Of a stretch of DNA of 64,000 nt, positions 20,184-31,076 are shown one piece after another; the stretch's first letter is position 1; each line of letters begins with the position of its first letter. The notes under the pieces are model-generated. The model saw only the letters and a list, made by a program, of their open reading frames with translations, searched no databases and was not told the DNA's origin. This DNA comes from a candidate division FCPU426 bacterium (GTDB taxonomy: Bacteria > Oederibacteriota > Muellerivitia > Muellerivitales > Muellerivitaceae): the NCBI GenBank assembly GCA_963796105.1, contig CAWCKJ010000004.1:1440001-1504000 (forward strand), in the 5' to 3' direction. The position numbers and the translations under genes were made by a program.

Positions 20184-21455
20184 TTAAATCATCGACAAGT
20201 TCAGGTCCCCGCAAAGGTGATAAACCCCGCCCAGGGCCGGGTCCAGGATCATCTTGGACATCGTGACACAGAGATGGCCCGAGTTCATGGACAGGTAGGG
20301 CTCGGTCAAGTGGCTTGGCCGCTCGTTGGTCAAGGCGTAGAAATGCTCTTCTAGGGAATGGTCGGTCCCTTTTGGGGCCGGACGGAAAAGGAACCGCTTG
20401 CGGACTGGGATGCGGTACGGACTGCAGACGGTCTCGCTGACTTGGATTCCGCCCCCGTCCAGCAGGTACAGGCATTCGAGGGCGGGGTGCTCATCCAGGA
20501 CCAAATGGAATTCCTTCTCCAATGAAGCGACCGGCACGTCCTGGAGCCGGGTGTAGATGAACCCCGAAAGTTTTTGGCACCTGTTTCTCAAGCCCCAAGT
20601 TTGGTTGGCCCGCGATTCCAGGCGCCGTCGGAAACGGTGGGCCAGGAAAGAGATGCGGGCCTTCAAGCCTAGGGTGGAGTCGGAACCGCCCTTATCCTTT
20701 TGCGTGAAATATTTCCCCTGAATCAGGTCGGCCCCCAGTTCCAGGGCCGCCAGGGCGTCTTCCTCGTTGTTCATGCCGCCCGCCACGACGGCGATCCCCA
20801 ATTCGTGGGCCAATTTGAGCGTCTCAGAGAACTTAGCCCTGGTTTCGGCGTTGCGGGCCAGGCCCTGGGCGAAACTTTCCTCCAATTTCAGGAGGTCCGG
20901 GTTGAAGCGCCTGAGGTAATCCTGGTGGAGGGATCCACCTTGGACGTCGCTGGCCGAAATAAGGAACTCATGATCCCTTTGGAGCAGAATGAAGCGTTCG
21001 ACCATATTCGGGTCCAGGTTTTGCGATAGGGGGATTTGCACCACCACCTGACGCGGGTCCAATTTGAACTCTTCCACTTGGTGGCGGAAATAACCGGAAC
21101 CAACGGTACCTTCCCCTAAAATCGAGGGCTCGATGTCCAGGAAGTAAAGAAGGTCGGGGTTCTTGGTGCGGAAGGCGCTAAAACCTTCCAGCCCTTTGTG
21201 GCGGAAAAGGCGGTCCAATTCCAGCTTGGCCTGGAAATCCTCTTTTCCCATAACCCGGAACAGGTCCCTGGAATCGACCATTTCGAAACTAGCCGGGTCC
21301 AATGTCCGGTAGAGTGCCTCTAGGCCGATAATCCCCATTTTTTGGACCGAAAAAATGGGCTCGTAGAAAGCCGCTGCGTTATCAGCGGCCAGGATTTGGT
21401 GGGACTTGGACGCTTGTGATTCCGTCGGTTCCTTGAAAAGTATGTCGTTACTCAT
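20184..21455 (-). CDS. EAL-domain protein with YkuI-like C-terminal sensor domain, likely degenerate
   Basis: IGLEAL, PDLLKL, IQGKYF; DDFGTG replaced by SDVQGG; C-terminal LTEPYLS. Confidence 0.8.
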   Translation of the reverse strand: MSNDILFKEPTESQASKSHQILAADNAAAFYEPIFSVQKMGIIGLEALYRTLDPASFEMVDSRDLFRVMGKEDFQAKLELDRLFRHKGLEGFSAFRTKNPDLLYFLDIEPSILGEGTVGSGYFRHQVEEFKLDPRQVVVQIPLSQNLDPNMVERFILLQRDHEFLISASDVQGGSLHQDYLRRFNPDLLKLEESFAQGLARNAETRAKFSETLKLAHELGIAVVAGGMNNEEDALAALELGADLIQGKYFTQKDKGGSDSTLGLKARISFLAHRFRRRLESRANQTWGLRNRCQKLSGFIYTRLQDVPVASLEKEFHLVLDEHPALECLYLLDGGGIQVSETVCSPYRIPVRKRFLFRPAPKGTDHSLEEHFYALTNERPSHLTEPYLSMNSGHLCVTMSKMILDPALGGVYHLCGDLNLSMI

Positions 21456-21530
21456 GACTTGCCTCCCCTTTTTTAAAAAAACTCCTTATCTCATTTGCAC
21501 GGCTTAATCATTAGGTTAAACGGTTAATAA

Positions 21531-21546
21531 AGCAAGGCCCGTGCCA
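21531..21546 (-). promoter_or_regulatory. Sigma54 promoter of the EAL gene
   Basis: Minus strand TGGCACGGGCCTTGCT. Confidence 0.8.
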
Positions 21547-22209
21547 AGATTTAATCTTTTGGAAACATTCAGGAAGTTGAAAAGTAAAAATCCGGCGCGA
21601 CAAGTTAAAATTTTCGGGACATCGGATCGATTTTAGCCGCGATGTTTTAGGATTTCATTTCATGGTTACTCTGGGTTACCACTTGGTAATCAAACGCGAG
21701 CTGACACAACTTGGACAAAATTGTAGTTTGGTTCTTTTTTTGGGGAGAAGTGATGGAAAATTTTAACGAATATAAACTTGAGAGACTCTGAAATATATAA
21801 ATCCAGATCGTGTTTCTTCGTAACCACAGGGCCGCGATTAAAAAGAAATTTAAGTTTTTTTCTTCTTGGATTTTCCCGAAAGGACCGTATGCCATGAGGT
21901 GGCCAACTGCTCGAGGGTGAAATCTTTCGCCCAACTGAAACCGCTTTCAAGCTCTTGCATGGAAAAACGGGCCTCCAGGGATTTCGCCAGGTTTACCATC
22001 CGGTCCTTTGTTTGCTGGCGGCAGGTGGGATGGGAAAGAACGATCATCAAAAGCCCGAGGGCCTTGCTAGTCTCGCCTTGGCACTTGAGCAGGCGGGCCA
22101 GGCTTGTCAGGGCGTCGGTGGAACGCGCCCTACAAGTTGGACAGTTGAAGCAAAAAATAGAGAATAGGGAAACGGCTCAAGGGGTAACCCCCCAAAGGAG
22201 CATTTCCAA

Positions 22210-22557
22210 ATGGGTAAAATAAGACGGAAGTTCAGTATTGATTTCAAAGAACAAGTCGTCCACGAGGTAGAAACTGGCCTATCGCTCAATGAAGCTGCTC
22301 GTCAATACCAGCTCAATCCAAGCGTTATAACCCGTTGGCGCGATAAATATCGCCAAGGAACCTTGGTTGAAAAACCTTCCCTTCACGAAAAAATATTGGA
22401 AAAAGAGAATGAGAAACTCAAAGCCAAGATTGGGGAATTGATCATGGCGATAGACCTTTTAAAAAAATTCCAAAAATACGCGGAAAACCAGAGAAAGCTC
22501 GATACCTCCGTGATCACCTCAAGGAATTTGGCTCAATTTCAAGAGGATGCCAAATGA
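22210..22557 (+). CDS. IS3 transposase OrfA (HTH)
   Basis: RRKFSIDFK...AARQYQL...RW; A7 run near the 3' end is a possible -1 frameshift site. Confidence 0.9.
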   Translation: MGKIRRKFSIDFKEQVVHEVETGLSLNEAARQYQLNPSVITRWRDKYRQGTLVEKPSLHEKILEKENEKLKAKIGELIMAIDLLKKFQKYAENQRKLDTSVITSRNLAQFQEDAK

Positions 22558-23390
22558 TGGGGCTTCCTCGAAGTACCTATTATTCTGCACTTAAAAGTGA
22601 ACCGGAGATTCAGGAACAAAGAGATTTGGACTTAAAGAACCGAATCGAGCAGGTGAGATTGACCTTCCCCTACTACGGCTATCGGAGGCTCTACCACCAC
22701 TTTTTACGGGAGGGATTAAGGATTAACGCCAAACGGATTCGGCGGGTGGTAAGGAAATACGGTCTTTACCCTATTATTTGGGGGAAAAGGTTCAAGATCC
22801 AAACCACCCAATCCAATCACGACCTGCCGGTGTTCCCCAACCTCTTGGAAAGGGTGGCAGAAACTGCTGTCAATCAAGTGTGGGTGGCGGATATTACCTA
22901 TATCCGAATCCTCACTTGCTTTGTTTATCTGGCGGCCATTCTGGATCGTTTTTCCAGAAAGGTGATCGGGTGGGCGGTTTCCAAGAGACTGGATCGGGAG
23001 TTGTCGCTTTCGGCTTTACGCATGGCTTTAGAGGAAAGGAATCCTCTTCCGGGATGCATCCACCATTCAGACAGAGGGGTGCAATATGCCTGCTGGGATT
23101 ACGTGGCCCTGCTTGAGTCCAAAGGATTAAGGATCAGCATGTCCAGGACAGGCAACCCTTACGACAATGCAAATGCGGAATCCTTTTTCAAAACCTTGAA
23201 ATATGAGGAGGTGCATCTATTCAATTACGAAACTTATCAGGAAGTGCTTCAAAGACTTCCATACTTCATCGAGGAGGTGTATAACAAAAAACGGTTGCAT
23301 TCTTCTATCGGCTACATGCCGCCTGAGGAGTTCGAGGCTTTAAAGTCACTCAAACCAATCGCCGGAAAACCTATTCTCAACTTGGAGTAA
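22554..23390 (+). CDS. IS3 transposase OrfB (DDE)
   Basis: WVADITY, HHSDRGVQY, DNANAESFFKTLK, YNKKRLHSSIGY. Confidence 0.95.
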   Translation: MMGLPRSTYYSALKSEPEIQEQRDLDLKNRIEQVRLTFPYYGYRRLYHHFLREGLRINAKRIRRVVRKYGLYPIIWGKRFKIQTTQSNHDLPVFPNLLERVAETAVNQVWVADITYIRILTCFVYLAAILDRFSRKVIGWAVSKRLDRELSLSALRMALEERNPLPGCIHHSDRGVQYACWDYVALLESKGLRISMSRTGNPYDNANAESFFKTLKYEEVHLFNYETYQEVLQRLPYFIEEVYNKKRLHSSIGYMPPEEFEALKSLKPIAGKPILNLE

Positions 23391-24489
23391 AAACTGTCCA
23401 AGGTTTGGGGCGCACACCACGGCCAAGAGGGGCTTGCATTGGGTGGGAATCACCAGACGGGCGCACTCGATAAAATATTTTTCGGCGGACGCGTAATCTT
23501 TCTCGTCACAGGCGATCTCGACCAAATGGGTGAGGGTCGCCACTACCCCCAAAATATCCTTTATGTGCCTGAATATACGCAGGGCATTCAGGAAACCCTC
23601 GCGCGCGGGAATTAAACGGACGCGAAAAAGTTCCACTGCCGCCAGGTGGTACTGGTTCCAAGCGTCGCCCTCGGGGCTTTCGCCTAATTCCCTCGCCATG
23701 TCATAGGCGTCGCGGTGGCACTTTTCCGCCTCCTGGTCCCGGCCCTGGGCCAGGTGGAGGTTGCCCAGCATGTCCATCACCCAGGCCTGGCCCGGCACAT
23801 CCTTCTTCACCATGAAATCCTGGAAGGCTTCCCCCAAAAGTTCCTGGGCGCGCGGGTAATCCCCCTCGGCCCAAGCCACATTCCCCAAATAGGATTTACA
23901 ACGGGCGGTGCCTAAGGGATCGGTCAATTGCTGGTAAAGGCCCAGGCTTTCCCGGTAGGTATCTCCGGCATGGTCATATTCCCCCATGAGTTCCAAAACC
24001 CGCCCCAGCTTCAGGAGGCAAAGGGCGGTTCCGGGGGTATCCGAAGCTGACCGGTAATTTTTCAAGGCCCCTTCCAAATAGACCCTAGCAGGGCCCAATT
24101 GGGCCGCGGTAAGGCAGGCCTCACCCCGCTTATATTGGGCGTCAGCCTTTTTATCCAGGCTTTGGACGGCCTTTTTGGATTTTGAATTCGATTTACGCAA
24201 ATGACACCTTCTTGACGGATCAGGTATTTAGACGAAATTCCAGGATCGTCTGACCCGCTGACTGGTTGTTAAATGGGTGGTGACGGTGGATCATGCTATT
24301 TGAAAGACTAGGGGAGTTTCCTGGAGGCATCCGAAGAAACGACGTTAATTAAATTATATCACTACTCAATTTTCCTGATCTTTCATGGTACCGGGAGACG
24401 AGAAATCCCTCTCAAATAACGAAATCAATCAACGAACCAGCCAGGAAGGAAAAAAACAAAAACCCAGAAATTTTAAAATGGGGGGGTAA

Positions 24490-25272
24490 TTATTTCAGCA
24501 ATTGGGGTTGATTCTTGGCTACTACTTTTTGCAGGAAATCCGCGACCTCCAATATGGAATCACGGGTGATCTGGTGTCCCATCGGGAACTCCCTTAAAAC
24601 CGGGCGGTACCCGGCCTTCCTCAGCGCGTCCACCGCCTCATGGGCGCGGGCCACAGGGACAATGGCGTCGTCGGTTCCGTGAACCAAAAGGATGGGTGTC
24701 ATAAAGAAGGCCCTGTGATTCGCCAGGGTCTTCTTCGGCTCTCCCATATAACCGCTCATGGAAACGATCGCCTCGATTTTACCCTTGTAGTTCAACCCCG
24801 CCTCCAGGGACATGACACCGCCTTGGGAAAAGCCCATGATAATCACGGGTCTGGGTTTTTTGGCTTTCAATGGTATGGGGGCCTTTGAATCCCTCCCTGA
24901 AAAATGGTCCATGACCTCGAATAGGTAATCCCGGCTGTTCTCGATATCCGCGCGGCTTTGGGTAGCCATGTCGTACCAGGCATGGGCGGTTTGACTCTCG
25001 GGAAGGGGAAGGGGAGCGTCCGGCAGGACCATCCGGCAGTAGGGAAGGTGGAGCTCGTCGCATAGGGGAAGCAGGTCATTCGCGTTGGCTCCCAAGCCGT
25101 GAAGGATCAGAACCACAGGCGCGTCAGGGGAAAGATGGGCCGGTTCCGAGACCAGGCAGCGGTGGTTTTGGACATTTACGTATGAAACGGGGTTTTCCCC
25201 CATGACCGGGTGTGCGGGTAAAAATATCCACATCAATATCAACGGCTTAATCACCCCGGAAATCCGACTCAA
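24490..25272 (-). CDS. Phospholipase/carboxylesterase (alpha/beta hydrolase)
   Basis: LHGLG, GFSQGG, HGTDD.VP, MGH catalytic triad. Confidence 0.9.
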   Translation of the reverse strand: MSRISGVIKPLILMWIFLPAHPVMGENPVSYVNVQNHRCLVSEPAHLSPDAPVVLILHGLGANANDLLPLCDELHLPYCRMVLPDAPLPLPESQTAHAWYDMATQSRADIENSRDYLFEVMDHFSGRDSKAPIPLKAKKPRPVIIMGFSQGGVMSLEAGLNYKGKIEAIVSMSGYMGEPKKTLANHRAFFMTPILLVHGTDDAIVPVARAHEAVDALRKAGYRPVLREFPMGHQITRDSILEVADFLQKVVAKNQPQLLK

Positions 25273-25355
25273 ATTTTTCCTCCGGAACCCCCAAAAAAGA
25301 AAAACGGGTTTACGACTAATTCCGCGTAATTGGGACTCGGTGAGGTTTTACCGGC

Positions 25356-25451
25356 TGTCAAGGCCCCGGGCTTGCCCGGGAGCCTAGCCGTGTACTTGGG
25401 CGGGGTTCCATGCCCCGCCCAAGTGGCGACCCGAAGGGTCGTCCCTTGACA
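25356..25451. repeat. Compact multi-hairpin intergenic unit (MITE/REP-like)
   Basis: Closed by TGTCAAGG/CCTTGACA with three internal hairpins. Confidence 0.5.
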
Positions 25452-25471
25452 AATAAATACAGCGAAAAAAG

Positions 25472-26479
25472 CTACAAATTGAAGTTCAGCCCGACGTTGA
25501 GCGGGAACTCGATAAAGGTATAACCGGGTACCGGTACTTGTTCGGTGAAACCCATCACGGTCTCGGTCAGGGTGGATCCGCCCACGAGGATGATATTGAA
25601 TTTTCCCTCGGCGAAAAAGTTCATGTTGGGGCCCGCCGGCATTTGAATACCACCGCCCAACTGGACCATGGGGGCGAAAGAGGAGGTCGATGGGATATCG
25701 ATACCTTCATTCAAAATGCCGGTCATGGTGACCGAACCTGAGGTGCTTACCTGGGAAAAACCCAATCCGCCCATGAGATAGGGTTGGATGTTATCACCCC
25801 CCAGCTTGTACTTACCCCCGACTGCGACCTCGATGTCGTTTTGGCTGTTTTTGACGGTGATACTCTCACCATAACCCGAAGCGGTGGGGGAAGTGCTGGA
25901 GGAACTGAAGGTGTAATATGAAACGTTTCCCCCGATCAGGATTTTATCGCCCATTGGGAAATAAATCCCGGCTCCACCCCCGAATCCCGCGCCATATCCA
26001 CCCCCCGATATATCGGAAGTATAGGCGGCGGGCACGCCGTAAGCTCCATTGTTACTCAAGGCGAAATTCAATCCCACCATGATATCCAACTCGGGTCTGC
26101 CAGTTCCCGCAGGGGAGGAAGCTGATGGGGTGGATTCATTGGTAGCCGGGGCGGATGTTCCGGTTTTAGCCCGCAAAGTATTCGCAAAATTCGCCAACTG
26201 GGCATTGCTGGGATCCAAGGCCAGGGCTTTATCAAAGGCCGCAAGGGCGTCGCTCGTCTTGCCTTGCTGGTAATAGCTGCTGCCCAATCCCTGGTAAGCG
26301 GGGGAGGACTTGGGGTCCAATTGGGCCGCGGCCTGGTAATACTGGACTGCCTTGGCGTAATCCTTCGCGGCGTAAGTTTGGTTCCCCGCTGCGAGGTATT
26401 GTGCCGCCGTTTGGCAGAGAGCCGTGCTGGCCAATCCAATTGAAACCAAAAGGGACAAGAATAAACCCAGAAATTTCAT
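25472..26479 (-). CDS. TPR + outer-membrane beta-barrel protein
   Basis: Signal peptide, two TPRs, Ser/Pro linker, amphipathic strands ending NVGLNFNL. Confidence 0.8.
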   Translation of the reverse strand: MKFLGLFLSLLVSIGLASTALCQTAAQYLAAGNQTYAAKDYAKAVQYYQAAAQLDPKSSPAYQGLGSSYYQQGKTSDALAAFDKALALDPSNAQLANFANTLRAKTGTSAPATNESTPSASSPAGTGRPELDIMVGLNFALSNNGAYGVPAAYTSDISGGGYGAGFGGGAGIYFPMGDKILIGGNVSYYTFSSSSTSPTASGYGESITVKNSQNDIEVAVGGKYKLGGDNIQPYLMGGLGFSQVSTSGSVTMTGILNEGIDIPSTSSFAPMVQLGGGIQMPAGPNMNFFAEGKFNIILVGGSTLTETVMGFTEQVPVPGYTFIEFPLNVGLNFNL

Positions 26480-26707
26480 GCTGATCTCCTTGACGAAAAT
26501 TTTTAAAGTTCTTCCCGTTAACGGCAATGAAAGGGAAGGGAACGCCTAAGGATAAATATTGGAACTTCCAAAATAAACTTAACGGGAAAACTTCGCGAAA
26601 TTTCCGTTCATTATATTGTTTAACTCCCTCTTTTCCACTTTGATTTACTTCCCGGTTTAAGACTCAAGCCTTAATCCATGAGGTTTTTTACGGAAAATGA
26701 AATGGGA

Positions 26708-27424
26708 TCAGTATGGCGCCGAGGCCACGTCATTGACGATGACGCAGGATGAAGTTTGGGCGCCGGGAAAAGCCGAATTCTTGAATTGAACGATATGGAG
26801 GTTCACCCCGATGTTTCCTGCTCCCGGTGTTTCGCTCCCGGAAAAAGCGCTGTTGGGAACGACATAGGGATTGCTGGGGATCGGGGGACCAATCACGGAA
26901 ATGGGCTGGGCCGACCCATTGGTAAGATCAATAAAATTGGCGTTTCCCACTCCGGTGGACCAGGAGCAGGTGACCCCCGCCGACCCACTTGAGGGCTGGA
27001 TGATGGGATTGCCCCCGATGGCCGTGACGGTCGAGGAATAGACGGTGCCGCCGACATCAACGCTGAAAGTGTAGGTTTGTCCCGCCGAATAAGTGATTGA
27101 ATTGGTGTATAAGCCGCCAGTGATATTGGGCGCTCCCAACAAAGTAATGGAGCCTGAAGGGCCGTTAGCGAAGAATGTCAGGGGAATGGAACTTCCGTTA
27201 TTGACGAGGGTAACGGAGGTATTGGCCGTTCCTGAATTGCCGGAACTATCAGATACGATCACTGACAGGAAACCGCCGACTCCATTCTCACCCAGCTCGG
27301 TCACGATGATTGGCCCGTTGTTAGCGGCGGGGGTAGCGGGGTTTTTACTCGAACTGCAAGCCTGGAACATCATAGTCATCACGGCCGGAATCAGGAAATA
27401 CCCTAAGCTTTTTTTCAACCGCAT
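26708..27424 (-). CDS. Hypothetical lipoprotein
   Basis: Lipobox-like FQAC-SSS. Confidence 0.7.
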   Translation of the reverse strand: MRLKKSLGYFLIPAVMTMMFQACSSSKNPATPAANNGPIIVTELGENGVGGFLSVIVSDSSGNSGTANTSVTLVNNGSSIPLTFFANGPSGSITLLGAPNITGGLYTNSITYSAGQTYTFSVDVGGTVYSSTVTAIGGNPIIQPSSGSAGVTCSWSTGVGNANFIDLTNGSAQPISVIGPPIPSNPYVVPNSAFSGSETPGAGNIGVNLHIVQFKNSAFPGAQTSSCVIVNDVASAPY

Positions 27425-27519
27425 GAAACCCCCCCTGAAAATTCTTCTGTAAGACTTATAAGTACTTACTCCATTGTGGAAAGAGGTATTAAACCTTTTG
27501 ATTTTGGAATATTGCTATT

Positions 27520-27558
27520 CTGTGCCTCTGTGAGCTGCCGTGGGCAGCCTGTGGTGAA
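27520..27558. repeat. Solo right end of the GxxExxY-associated element
   Basis: CTGTGCCTCTGTGA-GCTGCCGTGGGCAGC-CTGTGGTGAA. Confidence 0.65.
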
Positions 27559-27570
27559 AACCTTTTTGTA

Positions 27571-29901
27571 TTATATCCCGATATTCATGCCGACGATGAA
27601 GCTTTGGGAGGCCAGGTCCAGGCGGCCCATTTCCGAGCGGTAGTTGAGATAGGTGAAGGTCCTGTCGCTCCAGCGCAGGTTCAAGCCCACCTCCAGGAGC
27701 GCCCAATCCCGTCCGAGGTTGGGCCCCACGGTGGGATAGGTAAAAGTCAGTCCGGAGGTATCCAGCCCCGCCTTCAGGGAATCCAAGCCCATCATATATT
27801 CATGCTTCCAGGCGGCGCACAGGCTGGGAACCAGTTCCAATCCTCCCGTCTTCCAATTGCCCGATACCTTCAAACCCCATTCCCCCACCCGGGATTCCTC
27901 GTTCTGGTCCGTTGTCCCATCCGAAAATATCGGCCCAATCTCCTTGACCGGCAATAGTTCCACGTCGCTTTCGTGGACCGCGCCATAGGGGGTGAAAGTA
28001 AGGGTTCCCACCTTAAGGTCATAGCCCGCGCCAAGGGACAGGGCGGACTCGATGCCCTGTGTGTTCGCCCCCAGGGTTTCATCGAACCCCATCCGCTGAA
28101 GGTTGTAGAAATTAAGCCCCAGGGCCGCCACCAGGTCCATGTGAAAATCACTGGGGAACCAAGTGACGAATAGTCCCGCCCGTCCGCCGTCCACTTTCCC
28201 GGTTCCTGCCCCATCCAGGGTGATATCCGTATGGCTGTAGCCAAAGACGGCGCCCATGACGACATTTTTCTCAGATCGGTAGTCCAGTTCGCCGAGGGTG
28301 AAATCATTCGTGCTGAAATCATAGCCTTGGGCGTTGGTGTCGCTTCGCACTTGGACCGACTGGCTTTCGGCGGATAGGAAATCGCTGTGTCCGTTGTCCC
28401 CTGGCCCGTCGGGGCCCATGTAATCCCGGTCCGAGAACCCCGCGGCGGCGAGAAGCCCCCCGGTCCTCAGGAAGCCCGGGCCGAAGGAACCGGGATTGGG
28501 CAGCCTCCTCGCGTCATCCCGCAGTTCGGCCAGCCGGCCTCCGATGCCGGAAACCAGCCCGTCCATTTCCTCGAAACCAGCCCGGTAAAAAGCGGTCCAG
28601 GGCTCCATCGTGGCCTGGTCGTAGGCATGGGCGTAACCGGATGTGGGAAGGGCAATGAGACCGGTGATGATGCCGTTTAAGCCTTGGGAAATGTAATCCT
28701 GGTCCAAGTCATTTGCGAAAGCCAATTCGTTCGGGGTAACAGCGTATTGGGAAAAAGATTTCGGGATTACTTGCAGGACCACTGAAGTGGGGAAAATTTC
28801 AAGACGGGGGCGGGTGGTGGCGAACATATCCGGATAGGGGCCGTAGGGCAAGAATGAAATTCCCGGATTGACGCTTTGGGCGGTGAGGATGGTGAAGGTA
28901 TCCCCGATATGGGGCTGGTAGCCGTTGACGGCGTAAAACCCGAAGGTGCCATTGAGGGTGGCAGCCCCCGAGACCCGCAGGGTGTCATATTGTCCGGCGC
29001 CGGTGCCTCCTAAATTCAGGAAGGTATAGCCCCAATAATCCTCGGTATAGTTCCCTTGGATGCGGATGGTGGTGGGGATTCCGCCGCCAGCTAGTATCCC
29101 ATTGTTATAAACCGACCCGGTTCCCAGGGCGTTGGGATTGGCCACGTCCAATTCGGCTCCCAGGATCGATGTGCCGCCAGAGTAGGTATTGCCGCCTGAG
29201 AGAACCAGTTTTCCCCCGCTCACGCAGAGGGTGCCGCCTGTACCTCCTCCCAGGCCGCCGTCCGCAATTACGCCCGAGACCGTGGCCGCCTCAGCAGTGA
29301 CCGTCAGGGCCTTGGAACCCAGGTAGAAATCGCCCGCTCCGCCGATGGAACCCACCGTCATTCCCGCGGAAGTCAACTGGCTGATGTCGAATTGGGCCCC
29401 TGCGTTCACGGTGAATTTTGAGTCACCCCCGTTGGAGGTGTCGTAAAAAACGAACTGGCCGCCGCTGTCGGCGGTAAATATATGGGTGCCGTAGAGTCCC
29501 GCGCTGGAGGAATTATGGAATTCAACAATTCCGTCACCGCCGATGGTGAGGGTGCCGCCCTGGCTGTAGGTCAAGCCCGATCCCCAGAAACTCAGGGTGT
29601 GGCCATTAGTCGAGATGCTGTAGTCGGTGGAGGAGGGATAGTCCTCCACCAGCGATCCCAGGGAAACGTCGGCGCTGAGACTGAGGTTGGTGACACTTGA
29701 GCTTGAAAGGGTAGCGCTGGCGGTAGTGGAATCAGGGACCGTGGCGGGGCTCCAATTGGTTGCCGTGTTCCAGTCGCTGGTACTTGGATTTGTGGCCCAG
29801 GTCTGGGCCATGGAGAATGCCGGGATGAGCCAGCTCAAGGCCGCAAATGATACCAGGACGAACCAACCTGAAACCGCTGAACGCCTCTTGTAACAGGACA
29901 T
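27571..29901 (-). CDS. Autotransporter (type Va) protein
   Basis: Signal peptide, WNTATNW, LVLSGGNTYSGGT strand repeat, C-terminal beta-barrel. Confidence 0.85.
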   Translation of the reverse strand: MSCYKRRSAVSGWFVLVSFAALSWLIPAFSMAQTWATNPSTSDWNTATNWSPATVPDSTTASATLSSSSVTNLSLSADVSLGSLVEDYPSSTDYSISTNGHTLSFWGSGLTYSQGGTLTIGGDGIVEFHNSSSAGLYGTHIFTADSGGQFVFYDTSNGGDSKFTVNAGAQFDISQLTSAGMTVGSIGGAGDFYLGSKALTVTAEAATVSGVIADGGLGGGTGGTLCVSGGKLVLSGGNTYSGGTSILGAELDVANPNALGTGSVYNNGILAGGGIPTTIRIQGNYTEDYWGYTFLNLGGTGAGQYDTLRVSGAATLNGTFGFYAVNGYQPHIGDTFTILTAQSVNPGISFLPYGPYPDMFATTRPRLEIFPTSVVLQVIPKSFSQYAVTPNELAFANDLDQDYISQGLNGIITGLIALPTSGYAHAYDQATMEPWTAFYRAGFEEMDGLVSGIGGRLAELRDDARRLPNPGSFGPGFLRTGGLLAAAGFSDRDYMGPDGPGDNGHSDFLSAESQSVQVRSDTNAQGYDFSTNDFTLGELDYRSEKNVVMGAVFGYSHTDITLDGAGTGKVDGGRAGLFVTWFPSDFHMDLVAALGLNFYNLQRMGFDETLGANTQGIESALSLGAGYDLKVGTLTFTPYGAVHESDVELLPVKEIGPIFSDGTTDQNEESRVGEWGLKVSGNWKTGGLELVPSLCAAWKHEYMMGLDSLKAGLDTSGLTFTYPTVGPNLGRDWALLEVGLNLRWSDRTFTYLNYRSEMGRLDLASQSFIVGMNIGI

Positions 29902-29978
29902 TAATAGATCTCCGACAAAATATTACGGCAATAGACTGATTTAAACCAATTAATTCCATCCAGCTTTAAAAGTGGTTT

Positions 29979-30716
29979 TTAAAATTGACTTTCCGCCGGT
30001 ATCCACAAAATATTTTGGGGGTCGTAAACAAAACTATTTGTTGGTTGTTCGGGGTCCATCAGGACCACGACCGGGTCTTCCAATTCGTTATTCCCGCTGT
30101 AATAGTTTACCGGCATATTTAGAATATGAATTTTACCCTCAAACTCAAACTGGATTTCCGCCGTCTTGCGGTTCTTGCCGGTCACACGTCCGTTTACGGC
30201 TTTGCCCAGGACCATCAGGGCCCTTTTTTTCCTGGCTTGGATGAAACTCCTAATGGCGAAAAAAATAATAACCAAATAAAAGATGCCCGTGAAATAGGAC
30301 GGCGGAGAAGCATCCAAGGACGGTCTTCCAGGGAAAAGAGAAAGGTAATGGATATTCACCATTTGCCCGACCGCGACTTGTCCGTAGGCCGCGAGGGAAA
30401 TACTGATTTTACCCGTTTCGTACAGGGAACCGATGGCGTAATACACCTGAATATCATTGGAGGCGCCCTTGCCATGGGTTTGCCACCGCTGGAGCACCTT
30501 GGCCTGGGCGGGTGTTCCATATTGATGGGCTAGAATCGGTGTGAAAGTTTGATATGACATTAAAGAAAAGAAAAGGACAAAAAATACGGCGCCAAAGGCA
30601 ATCATGGCCCACAATTTCGGGGCTTTTCCGAAGGGCCTCAGCCGCAAGGGACGGGGTGTGGGGATATCCAGTTCTCGCTGGGCTTGCTGGATTAATTCGG
30701 CGCGATCAATGGCCAA
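29979..30716 (-). CDS. Hypothetical membrane protein (DUF3592-like)
   Basis: Two TM segments, each followed by an OB-like beta segment. Confidence 0.55.
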   Translation of the reverse strand: MAIDRAELIQQAQRELDIPTPRPLRLRPFGKAPKLWAMIAFGAVFFVLFFSLMSYQTFTPILAHQYGTPAQAKVLQRWQTHGKGASNDIQVYYAIGSLYETGKISISLAAYGQVAVGQMVNIHYLSLFPGRPSLDASPPSYFTGIFYLVIIFFAIRSFIQARKKRALMVLGKAVNGRVTGKNRKTAEIQFEFEGKIHILNMPVNYYSGNNELEDPVVVLMDPEQPTNSFVYDPQNILWIPAESQF

Positions 30717-31076
30717 AAAAGAACTCCAAGATTTATTGGTGAATAGTTGGGACCTGAACGATCTTAGATTCTCAAATCATACCATGATGGGAATAATCGA
30801 AACCTGATATTAAATACATTGGGGGAATTCTTGGGCCGATGGGGAAGGTGTGAATACTCAAAAGGGGGTTTTTAGGCCCATCGGGTATTGATGTGGTTTC
30901 TCCGGAAGATGTACGCGGCGAGAATGAAAAAACTGAAGGCTGAGTATAAAGACGTACCAGGGGCCAATAGGACTGAATTACATAAATAGACTACAATTAC
31001 TCATTGTTCATTTTTCATTGTTTACGGTTGGTGGCATAATGAGGCCGGTTTTTGACATGGGGTTTTGAGGTGAATT

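Larger units (their letters stand above)
22119..23419 (+). mobile_element. IS3-family insertion sequence
   Basis: Imperfect 28-bp IRs TGG...GCGCCC...TTGGACAGTT; 3-bp TSD CGG; orfA/orfB. Confidence 0.95.
21850..24200 (-). pseudogene. TPR protein gene interrupted by an IS3 element
   Basis: Removing 22119-23419 and one CGG restores the frame ...CKPLLA-DALTSLARLL...KKKKT. Confidence 0.85.

Noticed and set aside
19735..20475. 246-aa version of the VOC gene
   Set aside because: The N-terminal ~100 aa overlap the EAL gene; VOC homology begins at KPRFHIV.
24205..24345. Possible structured leader upstream of the TPR gene
   Set aside because: Only one imperfect stem; no recognisable riboswitch consensus or second copy.
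25356..25451. tRNA gene
   Set aside because: No T-loop GTTCRA, D-loop or 7-nt anticodon loop.
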